In this document: piece by piece, positions 1 through 7,376 of the stretch
How positions within the stretch are numbered: position 1 is the first letter of the stretch
Layout of the letters: every line of letters starts with the position of its first letter
Source of the DNA: a virus
Lineage: Duplodnaviria > Caudoviricetes
Reading direction: 5' to 3' (one strand)
IMG/VR virus record: IMGVR_UViG_3300036852_000085
Coordinates: 1 to 59,237 of that record
Length of the DNA: 59,237 nt
Notes under the pieces: model-generated
Told to the model about the DNA's origin: nothing
Databases searched by the model: none
The model's input: the letters and a program-made list of their open reading frames with translations, nothing else
Translations under genes and position numbers: made by a program

Positions 1-103
1 GCGCCCGTGTGTCCAGTCTAGCTCAGGGTCCCACGGTGAGCTGAGAGCCCCCGTCCGGCCTGGTCTACATAGGGCGTGAGGGGCTCTCTGTGAGCAGGGG
101 AAA
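1..103. repeat. 103-bp perfect inverted copy of 4360-4462
   Basis: gcgcccgtgtgtccag...gcaggggaaa is the exact reverse complement of 4360-4462; identity breaks at 104/4359. Confidence 0.97.
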
Positions 104-460
104 GCCCCCGTCCGGGGGTCACCCAGACGGGGGCTGCGCCTCATGCGGCCGGGCGACTCACCTCCCGTACGTACCGGGCCCGGGCGTGCCGGAGCGCGGT
201 GCGCAGGAACACGGGGTAGTAGTCCCCCATCCCGGCTGTGGCCAGGATCTGCCAAGCCTCATGCGGCTTCCCGGCCTGGTGTGCGGTCCGGGCCCTGGTC
301 AGGACACGATGCCGCTCAGCTGGCCGGGGGTACTTGATATTGGGCTACTTAGACTCCACTGTGGACACTCCCAACTGCGCCAGCCACGGTGGCTGGCAGC
401 GTGCGCGCACGGGGGTCTGAGCCCTACCCGGCCCGATGGCCGATGCGTGCGCGCCTCTGG

Positions 461-589
461 TCAGCGACGGCGCATGCGCCGCACGGCCAGCCAGAGCAGG
501 AACGCTCCGGCCAGCCCGATGACCAGGGCCGGCCCCCGGGGTAGCCCGTGGGCCGGCTGAGCGGCCAGAATGGCGCTCAGTGCGGCCAT
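461..589 (-). CDS. 42-aa single-TM peptide (MAALSAILAAQPAHGLPRGPALVIGLAGAFLLWLAVRRMRRR)
   Basis: Translated by hand (below ORF-track cutoff); GGGAG RBS, hydrophobic helix followed by a basic tail. Confidence 0.55.
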   Translation of the reverse strand: MAALSAILAAQPAHGLPRGPALVIGLAGAFLLWLAVRRMRRR

Positions 590-705
590 GACTCCCACCC
601 TCCCGCGCCGAAGACGATCACGGTCAGCGCGGTCAAGCCGAGCCAGGCAGTACAGATCAGACCCGGCACGGACCTGAGAGGGCCCGTACGCTTCTCTGAC
701 GTCAT
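577..705 (-). CDS. 42-aa membrane peptide (MTSEKRTGPLRSVPGLICTAWLGLTALTVIVFGAGGWESWPH)
   Basis: Translated by hand; purine-rich upstream sequence, one TM segment, overlaps the next small gene. Confidence 0.5.
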   Translation of the reverse strand: MTSEKRTGPLRSVPGLICTAWLGLTALTVIVFGAGGWESWPH

Positions 706-750
706 ACCCTGCCCATCCTTCCTCCGAGCGTCGTTCGCGCCCGTACGGCT

Positions 751-782
751 CGACCAGGGCCCCCAGATGCGGGCCCTGGTCG
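751..782. terminator. 12-bp GC hairpin downstream of 804..1364
   Basis: cgaccagggccc-N8-gggccctggtcg. Confidence 0.55.
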
Positions 783-803
783 ACCGCTACCGGTACGACT
801 GAC

Positions 804-1364
804 TCAGGCGATCCGGAAGTGCCGCAGCCATGTCACATGTCCATGACTGCACCGGTCCCCCGCGTTGCCTGCCTTCACGGTGCCTGCGATGACACACCCG
901 TCCGTGCACACCAGGGCGTAGTCGCGAACGCCGGTGGTTGCCCACCGGCCGCCCTGGCACATGACGCACGTACACGTCAGCTCAGGCTCTGACGGCTCCT
1001 CGGGGCCATCGCAGCCATTACAGTGATCTTGGTTGCAACCGTCGCACGCCTTTACGCAGTGCTCACAGTCGCACGAGTGGCCGACGCACCCATTGCCGTC
1101 ACCCCCACTGCCGCGACACTCGCCACACTCGCACTCGCACTCATGCCCCGAGCACGAGCCATCGTTGCCGCAACAGCCACACTCACAGGTACATGTGTGC
1201 TGCGGCGCGGGACGCTGGGCTAGCGCCGCGTCCTGGTCGACATGGTCGGCCGGGACCCCGGGGCTGTCAGTGATCGCTCCGATGTAGTCACTTCGAAGCA
1301 TGTAGTTCAGCGACGTGTCGTCTGGCCGATCCGTTGTTGGGGCCGGCCAGTCCTGGACCGTCAT
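804..1364 (-). CDS. Cys-rich metallothionein-like hypothetical protein
   Basis: GGAGGG RBS; CTCECGCC..C..HECECECGEC..C..HSCDCEHC..CDGC..HCNGC cluster plus a C-terminal CTCxxC/CSH region. Confidence 0.75.
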   Translation of the reverse strand: MTVQDWPAPTTDRPDDTSLNYMLRSDYIGAITDSPGVPADHVDQDAALAQRPAPQHTCTCECGCCGNDGSCSGHECECECGECRGSGGDGNGCVGHSCDCEHCVKACDGCNQDHCNGCDGPEEPSEPELTCTCVMCQGGRWATTGVRDYALVCTDGCVIAGTVKAGNAGDRCSHGHVTWLRHFRIA

Positions 1365-1404
1365 GGTCCCTCCATTCTAGACAGTCCTATGTGGACCGTT
1401 CCGG

Positions 1405-1457
1405 GGGTAGGGGAGGTGCCGACCCTCGACCGTCCCATGTGGACGGATCCCCTACCC
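1405..1457 (-). ncRNA. 53-nt D-armless tRNA-like structured element, copy 1
   Basis: 8-bp closing stem, 5-bp stem with 7-nt CACAUGG loop, 4-bp stem with GUCGGCA loop; covaries with copy 2. Confidence 0.6.
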
Positions 1458-1462
1458 GTTGA

Positions 1463-2215
1463 TCAGTTGTTGCGACGACGCTCGCCGTACCGGTTGATCC
1501 CGGCGCGGTTGTACCCGTGGATGTCGAACCCTCGGGTGTTGAACCCGTCCCGGTCGTACCCGTCCCGGTCGTACCCGTGCCGGTCCCGGCGCGTTCCCTC
1601 TTCGCCACGGTCGAACCCGTTCAGGTTGTACCCGTCCGGGTCGTAGCCGTTCGCGTCGTACCCGTTGCGGTCCCGCCCGTCCGGTGCCAGACCAGTCAAC
1701 CGGTCGTACTGCTCACGCGTCCAGCCACGGGCGTCCGTGCCGTTGCGCGACCAGCCATCGGCGTCGACGCCGTCACGGTTGAACCCGTCCGCGTCGTACC
1801 CGTACCGGTTGTACCCTTCCCGGTCGAGCCCCGTGTTGACATGGAACCCTTCGGAGTTGTACCCCTCCGGGCCCACGCCCCGGCAGTCCAGCCCGGCAGC
1901 GTCGCGCCACACGGGTCGGCCCTCACTGTCGGTCACGGTGCCTACCGGCTCGGGACCCTCTGGGTAGAGCCGGTGCAGGACCATTGACAGCTCGGCGCAC
2001 CACCCACGGGCCCGGCCCTCGTTCACGGCCCTGTCCACCACGCGGGCTTTCTGGGCCAGAAGCGCCCCGATCGTCTCATCCGAGACGGTCCGCTCGCCCG
2101 GTGCCCCGATCCACACCCCGCCGATCGCGTCGTGCTCGGTCGTCAGGGAACGCCATGGCTCGGTAGCGGCCGGGATCTCGGTGTCCAGCGTCGCCGTCTT
2201 GCTTTGGTCGGACAT
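1463..2215 (-). CDS. Hypothetical protein with tandem GYDxDG(F/Y)N repeats
   Basis: GAAAGG RBS before MSDQSK (start trimmed from 2353); repetitive C-terminal half. Confidence 0.8.
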   Translation of the reverse strand: MSDQSKTATLDTEIPAATEPWRSLTTEHDAIGGVWIGAPGERTVSDETIGALLAQKARVVDRAVNEGRARGWCAELSMVLHRLYPEGPEPVGTVTDSEGRPVWRDAAGLDCRGVGPEGYNSEGFHVNTGLDREGYNRYGYDADGFNRDGVDADGWSRNGTDARGWTREQYDRLTGLAPDGRDRNGYDANGYDPDGYNLNGFDRGEEGTRRDRHGYDRDGYDRDGFNTRGFDIHGYNRAGINRYGERRRNN

Positions 2216-2369
2216 GATCCAACCTTTCTCCGCCCCGGCACACTCGGCCGGGGGGTCTGCCGGTTCCCCCGGGGGCTCTGAGAGCGTCCGCCCGGGGGTC
2301 CCGTACGCGCCACGGTGGGGGTCTGAGCCCTGAGCGCCCCGTAGGCGCGTCACCGTGGCTGTGCTGCTC

Positions 2370-2777
2370 CTAGCCCTCCTGAGTGGCCATGAACCGCTCA
2401 GTGGCCGCCAAAGCGGCCGCAGTGGCGGCCCTCAGGTCGGCCAGGATCTGCGCGGCATCGGTCGCCGAGCTGTCGGCCGCCGGCTCGGTGGTCGACTGGA
2501 CCAACTCCGCGCTCACCAGGACGAGATCGCGAACCTTGCTGGCCGGCTCGGCACCAAACCGAGCGTCACGCGCCAGACCGGCAACGTGGTTCTCGAGGGT
2601 GTCCGCGCCGTCGTACACGTACGACATCGTGATCACGCTGGTCGCCGTGACCAGCTCGAAGTCCCCGACTCCCGTGTTGAACGCCATGGCCTGGTCGATC
2701 AGGTCCCCGATCAGTCCGCTGTCGTCCAGTTCGGGTGCCGTGTCGATCGAGAACCGCACGGTGAGCTTGTGAGCCAT
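2370..2777 (-). CDS. Hypothetical protein
   Basis: GAGGAG RBS before MAHKLTV; GC3-rich codons. Confidence 0.75.
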   Translation of the reverse strand: MAHKLTVRFSIDTAPELDDSGLIGDLIDQAMAFNTGVGDFELVTATSVITMSYVYDGADTLENHVAGLARDARFGAEPASKVRDLVLVSAELVQSTTEPAADSSATDAAQILADLRAATAAALAATERFMATQEG

Positions 2778-2824
2778 GATCTTTGTCTCCTCTGGCTGTG
2801 CCGGGACCATCCCGGCCGCGCCGC

Positions 2825-2877
2825 GCCACCGTGGGGTGCCGACCCCCGACCGTCCCATGTGGACGGATCACGGTGAC
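2825..2877 (-). ncRNA. 53-nt D-armless tRNA-like structured element, copy 2
   Basis: 35-nt core identical to copy 1 at 34/35 positions; completely different but paired outer stem. Confidence 0.6.
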
Positions 2878-2883
2878 TGCCTG

Positions 2884-3051
2884 TCATGCTTCGATGATCA
2901 CTGAATCGTGACCCGTGGCCGCAAGTTCTCGGCCGGACCGCCATACCTCCCGGATGTCAACATGCCAACCGCGCTCACGGCTGACCGCGAGCATGACTGG
3001 AAGATCCTCGTCAAACTCAGCCAGGATGGCGATCAGCTGACCGACCGTCAT
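2884..3051 (-). CDS. Small phage hypothetical protein (MTVGQLIAILAEFDEDLPV)
   Basis: Common phage MTVxELIxxLxxxDxDLPV-type N-terminus; TGATG coupling to the upstream gene. Confidence 0.7.
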   Translation of the reverse strand: MTVGQLIAILAEFDEDLPVMLAVSRERGWHVDIREVWRSGRELAATGHDSVIIEA

Positions 3052-3356
3052 CACAGCCCCCGGTTGAGACAGGCGATCGAGATCGCACGCTCGGTGTAGC
3101 CCCGGGGGTCGCTCGGTTCCTGGACCAGGCACCGAGCAACCGGGAAGCCGAGGTCATCGACCCCCGACCAGTCCAGGATGATCACCGGGATGGCGCCCCG
3201 GTCGTCCGTGAGGTGCGGCAGACAGGCGTTGCTGGTCACGGCCAGCGCTTCACGCTGAGCCATGACGTCTGCGTTGATCATTTGTAGCCCTCGATCCTCC
3301 GGTCCCATGGCCGGTGGCTCCCAGCCTCCTAGCGACCAGGGGGCTGGGACCGTCAC
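3051..3356 (-). CDS. Hypothetical protein
   Basis: ORF in the co-oriented minus-strand array. Confidence 0.6.
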   Translation of the reverse strand: MTVPAPWSLGGWEPPAMGPEDRGLQMINADVMAQREALAVTSNACLPHLTDDRGAIPVIILDWSGVDDLGFPVARCLVQEPSDPRGYTERAISIACLNRGL

Positions 3357-3366
3357 ACCATGGGCC

Positions 3367-3747
3367 CTACGCCCATCCGAACGGGCGAGCGTTCGGCTCG
3401 TCCGTGCTCACGGGCAGCGCCAGCGTCTGCTCCGGCTGGGCCGGCTCGGTGCCCGCGTAGTCGCTGCTGCGCGGGTCCATCATCAGTGAGTGCCGCTCGA
3501 TCGCGCCAGCGATGTTGCGGAAGCACTCCTGCGCCTGGTCGACGCTGTCGTGCGGGTGGAGCGTGGTCGCGCCGTCCGGGTCGGCAATCGTCACGATCAT
3601 CGTTCCGATACGGCCGGCCATGAGCGGCGCGGGACCGTTGCTGTCCAGCGTGAATCCCGCCACCCATTGGTCCCAGCCGTCCGGCTGGCCGATCCAACGG
3701 GCGTAGTCTGTGCGGGTCATGCCGGCCAGTGCCGCTTTGATGTCCAT
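3367..3747 (-). CDS. Hypothetical protein (MDIKAAL...)
   Basis: GGAG RBS before ATG 3747; start trimmed from 3951. Confidence 0.7.
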   Translation of the reverse strand: MDIKAALAGMTRTDYARWIGQPDGWDQWVAGFTLDSNGPAPLMAGRIGTMIVTIADPDGATTLHPHDSVDQAQECFRNIAGAIERHSLMMDPRSSDYAGTEPAQPEQTLALPVSTDEPNARPFGWA

Positions 3748-4359
3748 TGTGGACACTCCATTTCTCCGGTCTGACGACCGGGCACAGCGCCGGGACCCTG
3801 GGGGGGCCCGGCACCATGCTCGATCAGCGACCCTGAGTGTCCGGGAACGGGTAGCGCCCCGTGGGGTTACCCGTGGTAGGCGTACCGGGCTGGCCCATGT
3901 CCTGGCCAGTCCGGTCCCGGCCGGGGGGCCGGGAGTCGCCTGAGGTGTCACGTGACGTCTTCTTCGCCATCGTGTGGTTCCCTTTCTGGCGTTGGCAGCG
4001 TGCCAGCGTCCGTGACCAGGGATGGAGTCGAACCATCATCCAATCGGGCGCATGCCGCGCCGCCATGTGCGCTCCCGTTGCGCCTGGTCATTGCGTGTCC
4101 ACTGTGGAGTTTTCAAGGTACTGTTTGCCCTGGCCGCGCCTCCGGATCGCCCATCGGGCGCCGCGCCAGGCTATGCTCGGATGTGCGGTGGTTCGATGCG
4201 CCGTAGGCCTTGACTCCCCCGGGCTCTTGCCGTCCCGAGATCCGCGCTGTGCCGTTCGGTGCTCCGCTAGCCTAACCCCCCTCCCCCCTGAAAACCTCAT
4301 ACTTTCGGCTGATTCTTAACCAGCCATTCGGATGATACCGAGACATAGATCATTTACTA

Positions 4360-4462
4360 TTTCCCCTGCTCACAGAGAGCCCCTCACGCCCTATGTAGAC
4401 CAGGCCGGACGGGGGCTCTCAGCTCACCGTGGGACCCTGAGCTAGACTGGACACACGGGCGC
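4360..4462. repeat. Left edge of segment R; inverted copy at 1-103
   Basis: Exact reverse complement of the window start. Confidence 0.97.
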
Positions 4463-4494
4463 TCAGCTCAGCCCAACGCTCAGCTCAGCCCAAC
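4461..4494 (+). repeat. 17-bp tandem duplication gctcagctcagcccaac x2
   Basis: Seen directly, at the point where the inverted copy stops. Confidence 0.85.
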
Positions 4495-4832
4495 CGGATA
4501 CCCCCCCCTCCCCCATTCGGCCAAGGCCTCAGTCTGTCCAGATAGGACAGTACACATAGGACACATAGAGATCCTTGATCATGAAGCCCAGCCCGACCCG
4601 AGCCCCCCTGTCCCCCTCACGTGCTGCGCCAGCCCAGACCTGAGCCCCCAACGCTCAACCCTGGGCCAGCCAAGAGGGAAATGATCATGGATCAGTTGTC
4701 CTGGCCTGCAAAGCCCAGCCTAACTTCTGACTACACCATAATCCCATGGCTCTTCTTCGATGTCTTGGATCGAGGGGTCTGGGTTGGCTGGGCCTGACGG
4801 GTGTCCTTGCCTCCATGGACTTATAAACATTG

Positions 4833-4893
4833 ATGTGCATCTTGATATGCATCTTTAAACCATGTGCATCTTCGACCTGGAAACATGTGCATC
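4833..4893 (+). promoter_or_regulatory. Four ATRTGCATC boxes upstream of the terS-like gene
   Basis: Copies at 4833, 4845, 4862 and 4885 in an AT-rich patch. Confidence 0.65.
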
Positions 4894-5256
4894 ATGACCG
4901 AGGTCGTGATCAACGGGATCACCGAGGAACAGATCAGCCAGGACGCACCTCGGATGAGGGCCCTGCTGGCCATGAGGTACGAGAAGATCTGGCAGACCTG
5001 CGAGCCGCACATCAACGGTGACCGTCAAGCCAAAGGACTGGGCAGCGATCCTCGCTTCATCGAGGCGGGGATCAGAGTGCTCAGGGATCTTGGGCGGCTG
5101 TACAAGCTGGACCGTCCCAGCCCTGGGGAACTGGTGCAGGCTACCGGGGTGGACGTGGCGGCGCTGGTGTCCACGCGCCTGGCTGAGCTGGAGGCTCGGA
5201 TGAGCCAGGCTGATCCTGGCCCGGGGGAGGCTGGGGAGCAGGAGACTCGTAGCTGA
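4894..5256 (+). CDS. Putative terminase small subunit-like helical protein
   Basis: DPRFIEAGIRVLRDLGRLYKLDRP resembles the C-terminal helical motif of actinophage TerS proteins; no TerS candidate lies beside terL. Confidence 0.45.
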   Translation: MTEVVINGITEEQISQDAPRMRALLAMRYEKIWQTCEPHINGDRQAKGLGSDPRFIEAGIRVLRDLGRLYKLDRPSPGELVQATGVDVAALVSTRLAELEARMSQADPGPGEAGEQETRS

Positions 5257-5527
5257 TCGGCACCCAGGTACGAGTTGCGCTGTCCAGAGTGAAGGCCTGG
5301 AGCAGCAGCACACCGGTCTTCTTGTTGAACTTCGTGCGTAGCCGGTCCTGGCCCAGGCTGAAGCGGCGCAGGGTCCGGTAGGCGCGTTGCCTGAAGGTGG
5401 CGACGTCCTCGTGGAAGTCCTGGCCGAGGGTCAGTTCCCACAGGTGGCCGTTGAGCCAGTCGACCCACGGGTAGTCGAAGTCTTCATCTCGGACAATTCG
5501 GTCGCGTGGACCGCGAGAGGTCGCCAT
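5141..5527 (-). CDS. Hypothetical protein (YPWxxWLxGxxWEL family-like)
   Basis: TACACT -10 hexamer 8 nt upstream of ATG 5527; the 3' end overlaps the convergent gene. Confidence 0.65.
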   Translation of the reverse strand: MATSRGPRDRIVRDEDFDYPWVDWLNGHLWELTLGQDFHEDVATFRQRAYRTLRRFSLGQDRLRTKFNKKTGVLLLQAFTLDSATRTWVPISYESPAPQPPPGQDQPGSSEPPAQPGAWTPAPPRPPR

Positions 5528-5552
5528 GGCCGCCGAGTGTAGCAGTAGTTCC

Positions 5553-5767
5553 GTAGAACCGTAAAACCGTAGAACCAATCTAGCCAAGATCAACTAAGAA
5601 AGCCCAGGTCAAGAGCTAGAGTTTTTTCGGTTTTATGAGACTGGTCAGAATCGGAAAGGGTAGGTAGTTAAAAGGGGTTGTCCGATTTGCCCTGGTCTGT
5701 GCTCGGGCCTCAGATTCTGTGGCCGCTACTTTCCTTTCGGGAGAATCTCATAAAACCGAAGAAACAA
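5553..5767. other. AT-enriched non-coding region, candidate origin or packaging site
   Basis: gtagaacc/gtaaaacc short repeats; 15-bp inverted repeat ttcggttttatgaga (5626-5640) / tctcataaaaccgaa (5746-5760). Confidence 0.4.
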
Positions 5768-5885
5768 TTTAGTGGGTGAAATGTCCCTGAATGTTCCCCT
5801 GGGGATCCTGGAGTCCTTAGCTTACTTCCAGGGGGAGGGGTATGGGAGTATAGTGGGGGGATGAAGACTGTGAGTGTGAGCTGGG
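5768..5885. repeat. Right edge of segment R; 118-bp inverted copy at 59120-59237
   Basis: Exact reverse complement of the window end. Confidence 0.97.
5826..5860 (+). promoter_or_regulatory. Leaderless sigma-A-type promoter with CCAGGGGGAGGGGTA box
   Basis: TTCCAG-N17-TATAGT-N6-ATG(5861); no SD sequence. Confidence 0.65.
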
Positions 5886-6454
5886 ACCTGGACCTTGTCG
5901 AAGAGATGGCCAAGGCCATCCGGGAGGCCCGGTTCCCTGGACATGGGACGACCTGGGAAGACACGCCCGCTAGGGCCCGGGGCTCGTATCTACGAGAGGC
6001 CGAAGCAGTGCTCAACGTCCTTGCCCAGGCCAAGGTCAAAGAAGAGGAGGCCCAAGCGAAGCAGTCTCTGCTTACTGAAGATCAGTTAGCTGAGCTGCTC
6101 CATAACGCCTATAAGCAGTACTACGGCTCAGTTCTGCCGCTATGGAAAGACCTGTCAGGATCAACAAAGGGTTCATACGTGGCAATGGCTAAGGCCATCC
6201 TGGTCGCCGGCCAGGAGCCGGCCACCGTTTCCGCAGCAGCAGTAACGACTATCCGTCAGGTAGGTCCTAACCTGCCTGACGGAATCCAGGAATGGATGTG
6301 GGTTGGCATAGGCGAGAATGCCAGGGCATTCTTGCTTTCCTCCGAGACGGCCGCTGAGACGTTCCTCCGCGAAAACGTGAATCGTCAGATTTTCAAGGTT
6401 CGCATCGTCGAGGCTCGACGGCACCACATAGCTCTCATCCCCAGCGATGAATAG
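5861..6454 (+). CDS. Hypothetical protein with an internally duplicated helical motif
   Basis: Two E-[ML]A..[IL].....W.D......SY...A.A[VI]L units. Confidence 0.8.
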   Translation: MKTVSVSWDLDLVEEMAKAIREARFPGHGTTWEDTPARARGSYLREAEAVLNVLAQAKVKEEEAQAKQSLLTEDQLAELLHNAYKQYYGSVLPLWKDLSGSTKGSYVAMAKAILVAGQEPATVSAAAVTTIRQVGPNLPDGIQEWMWVGIGENARAFLLSSETAAETFLRENVNRQIFKVRIVEARRHHIALIPSDE

Positions 6455-6752
6455 GACCCTGCCGTTACTGATGTTGGGGCTAGTCCTGGCCGGGCTACTG
6501 CTTATCGGCTCAGGGTTCAGTGGCGGCAGCCTGTCCACGCAGGTCAGGGCTACTGGCGTCAACATCGAGGTGACCTGGGACAACGGGAACTTCCTGAAGA
6601 CCCGGGACAGCTTCTATGCCGACGACGGGCACATCGCAGCAGTGCGGGTCTGGGGAGGCAACGCCTGCTGGATCACTATCAACGACCGTGTGGCTGACGC
6701 CAGAGAAGACGCGGGGGCGGTCACCTGTACCTGGAGTAGGGAGCAGACATGA
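6447..6752 (+). CDS. Secreted or membrane-anchored hypothetical protein
   Basis: N-terminal hydrophobic helix and a Cys pair. Confidence 0.75.
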   Translation: MNRTLPLLMLGLVLAGLLLIGSGFSGGSLSTQVRATGVNIEVTWDNGNFLKTRDSFYADDGHIAAVRVWGGNACWITINDRVADAREDAGAVTCTWSREQT

Positions 6753-7162
6753 GAGTGCTGGTGACAGGCTCACGTGACTGGGATGTCCGATACAAGATCA
6801 ACATGATTCTCAACGAACTGAAGGCCATGGCCGACATACTCAACTCTCAGCTGACCATCGTCCATGGAGCTTGCCCTACCGGGGCCGACTTCTACGCAGA
6901 CCAGTGGGCCAACTACCGTTCCGACGTTAAGGCCGAGCAGTGGCCAGCCAGGTGGGAGCTGTACGGGAAGGCGGCCGGTCCTCGCCGCAATGAAGCCATG
7001 GTCGACGCTGGCGCGGACATGTGCCTGGCGTTCCTGAGGGGCAATTCGCCGGGTACCAGTCAGACGATTGCTCTGGCCAGGACGGCGGGGATCCCCACAT
7101 TCGTGATCAACTACGAGAGCGTGGACCAGGAGATCGAAACCCTGAGTCCAGGCCCAGGTTAA
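6749..7162 (+). CDS. SLOG-superfamily protein (DUF2493/YspA-like)
   Basis: RVLVTGSRDW, IVHGACPTGAD, GKAAGPRRN and SPGT motifs. Confidence 0.88.
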   Translation: MRVLVTGSRDWDVRYKINMILNELKAMADILNSQLTIVHGACPTGADFYADQWANYRSDVKAEQWPARWELYGKAAGPRRNEAMVDAGADMCLAFLRGNSPGTSQTIALARTAGIPTFVINYESVDQEIETLSPGPG

Positions 7163-7172
7163 GGAGAAAGTT

Positions 7173-7376
7173 ATGCCCGAGCCCACAGGTCTTGGCACTC
7201 CCGACAGCGACGAATTCGGCGAAGTTCACTTCAAGTACCACGGCAGCGAAGACCCCAAGCCTGTCAGCTGGCCGGCGGCCACGATGGCATCTGTCGTCGT
7301 GATCTCCGTGATCACTGGCGTGGTCCTGGTGTGTTCGACCTGCGCGGGACTATTCAGCCAATGGACTATGAAATGA
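7173..7376 (+). CDS. Small membrane protein
   Basis: AAGGAG RBS; C-terminal TM helix. Confidence 0.7.
   Translation: MPEPTGLGTPDSDEFGEVHFKYHGSEDPKPVSWPAATMASVVVISVITGVVLVCSTCAGLFSQWTMK

Noticed and set aside
90-560. Plus-strand ORFs at 90..560 and 3861..4319
   Set aside because: Arg/Pro/Gly-rich composition typical of non-coding GC-rich DNA; no RBS
1500-1870. Short periodic DNA repeats resembling a CRISPR or iteron array
   Set aside because: Explained by the GYDxDG protein repeat; no constant repeat with unique spacers
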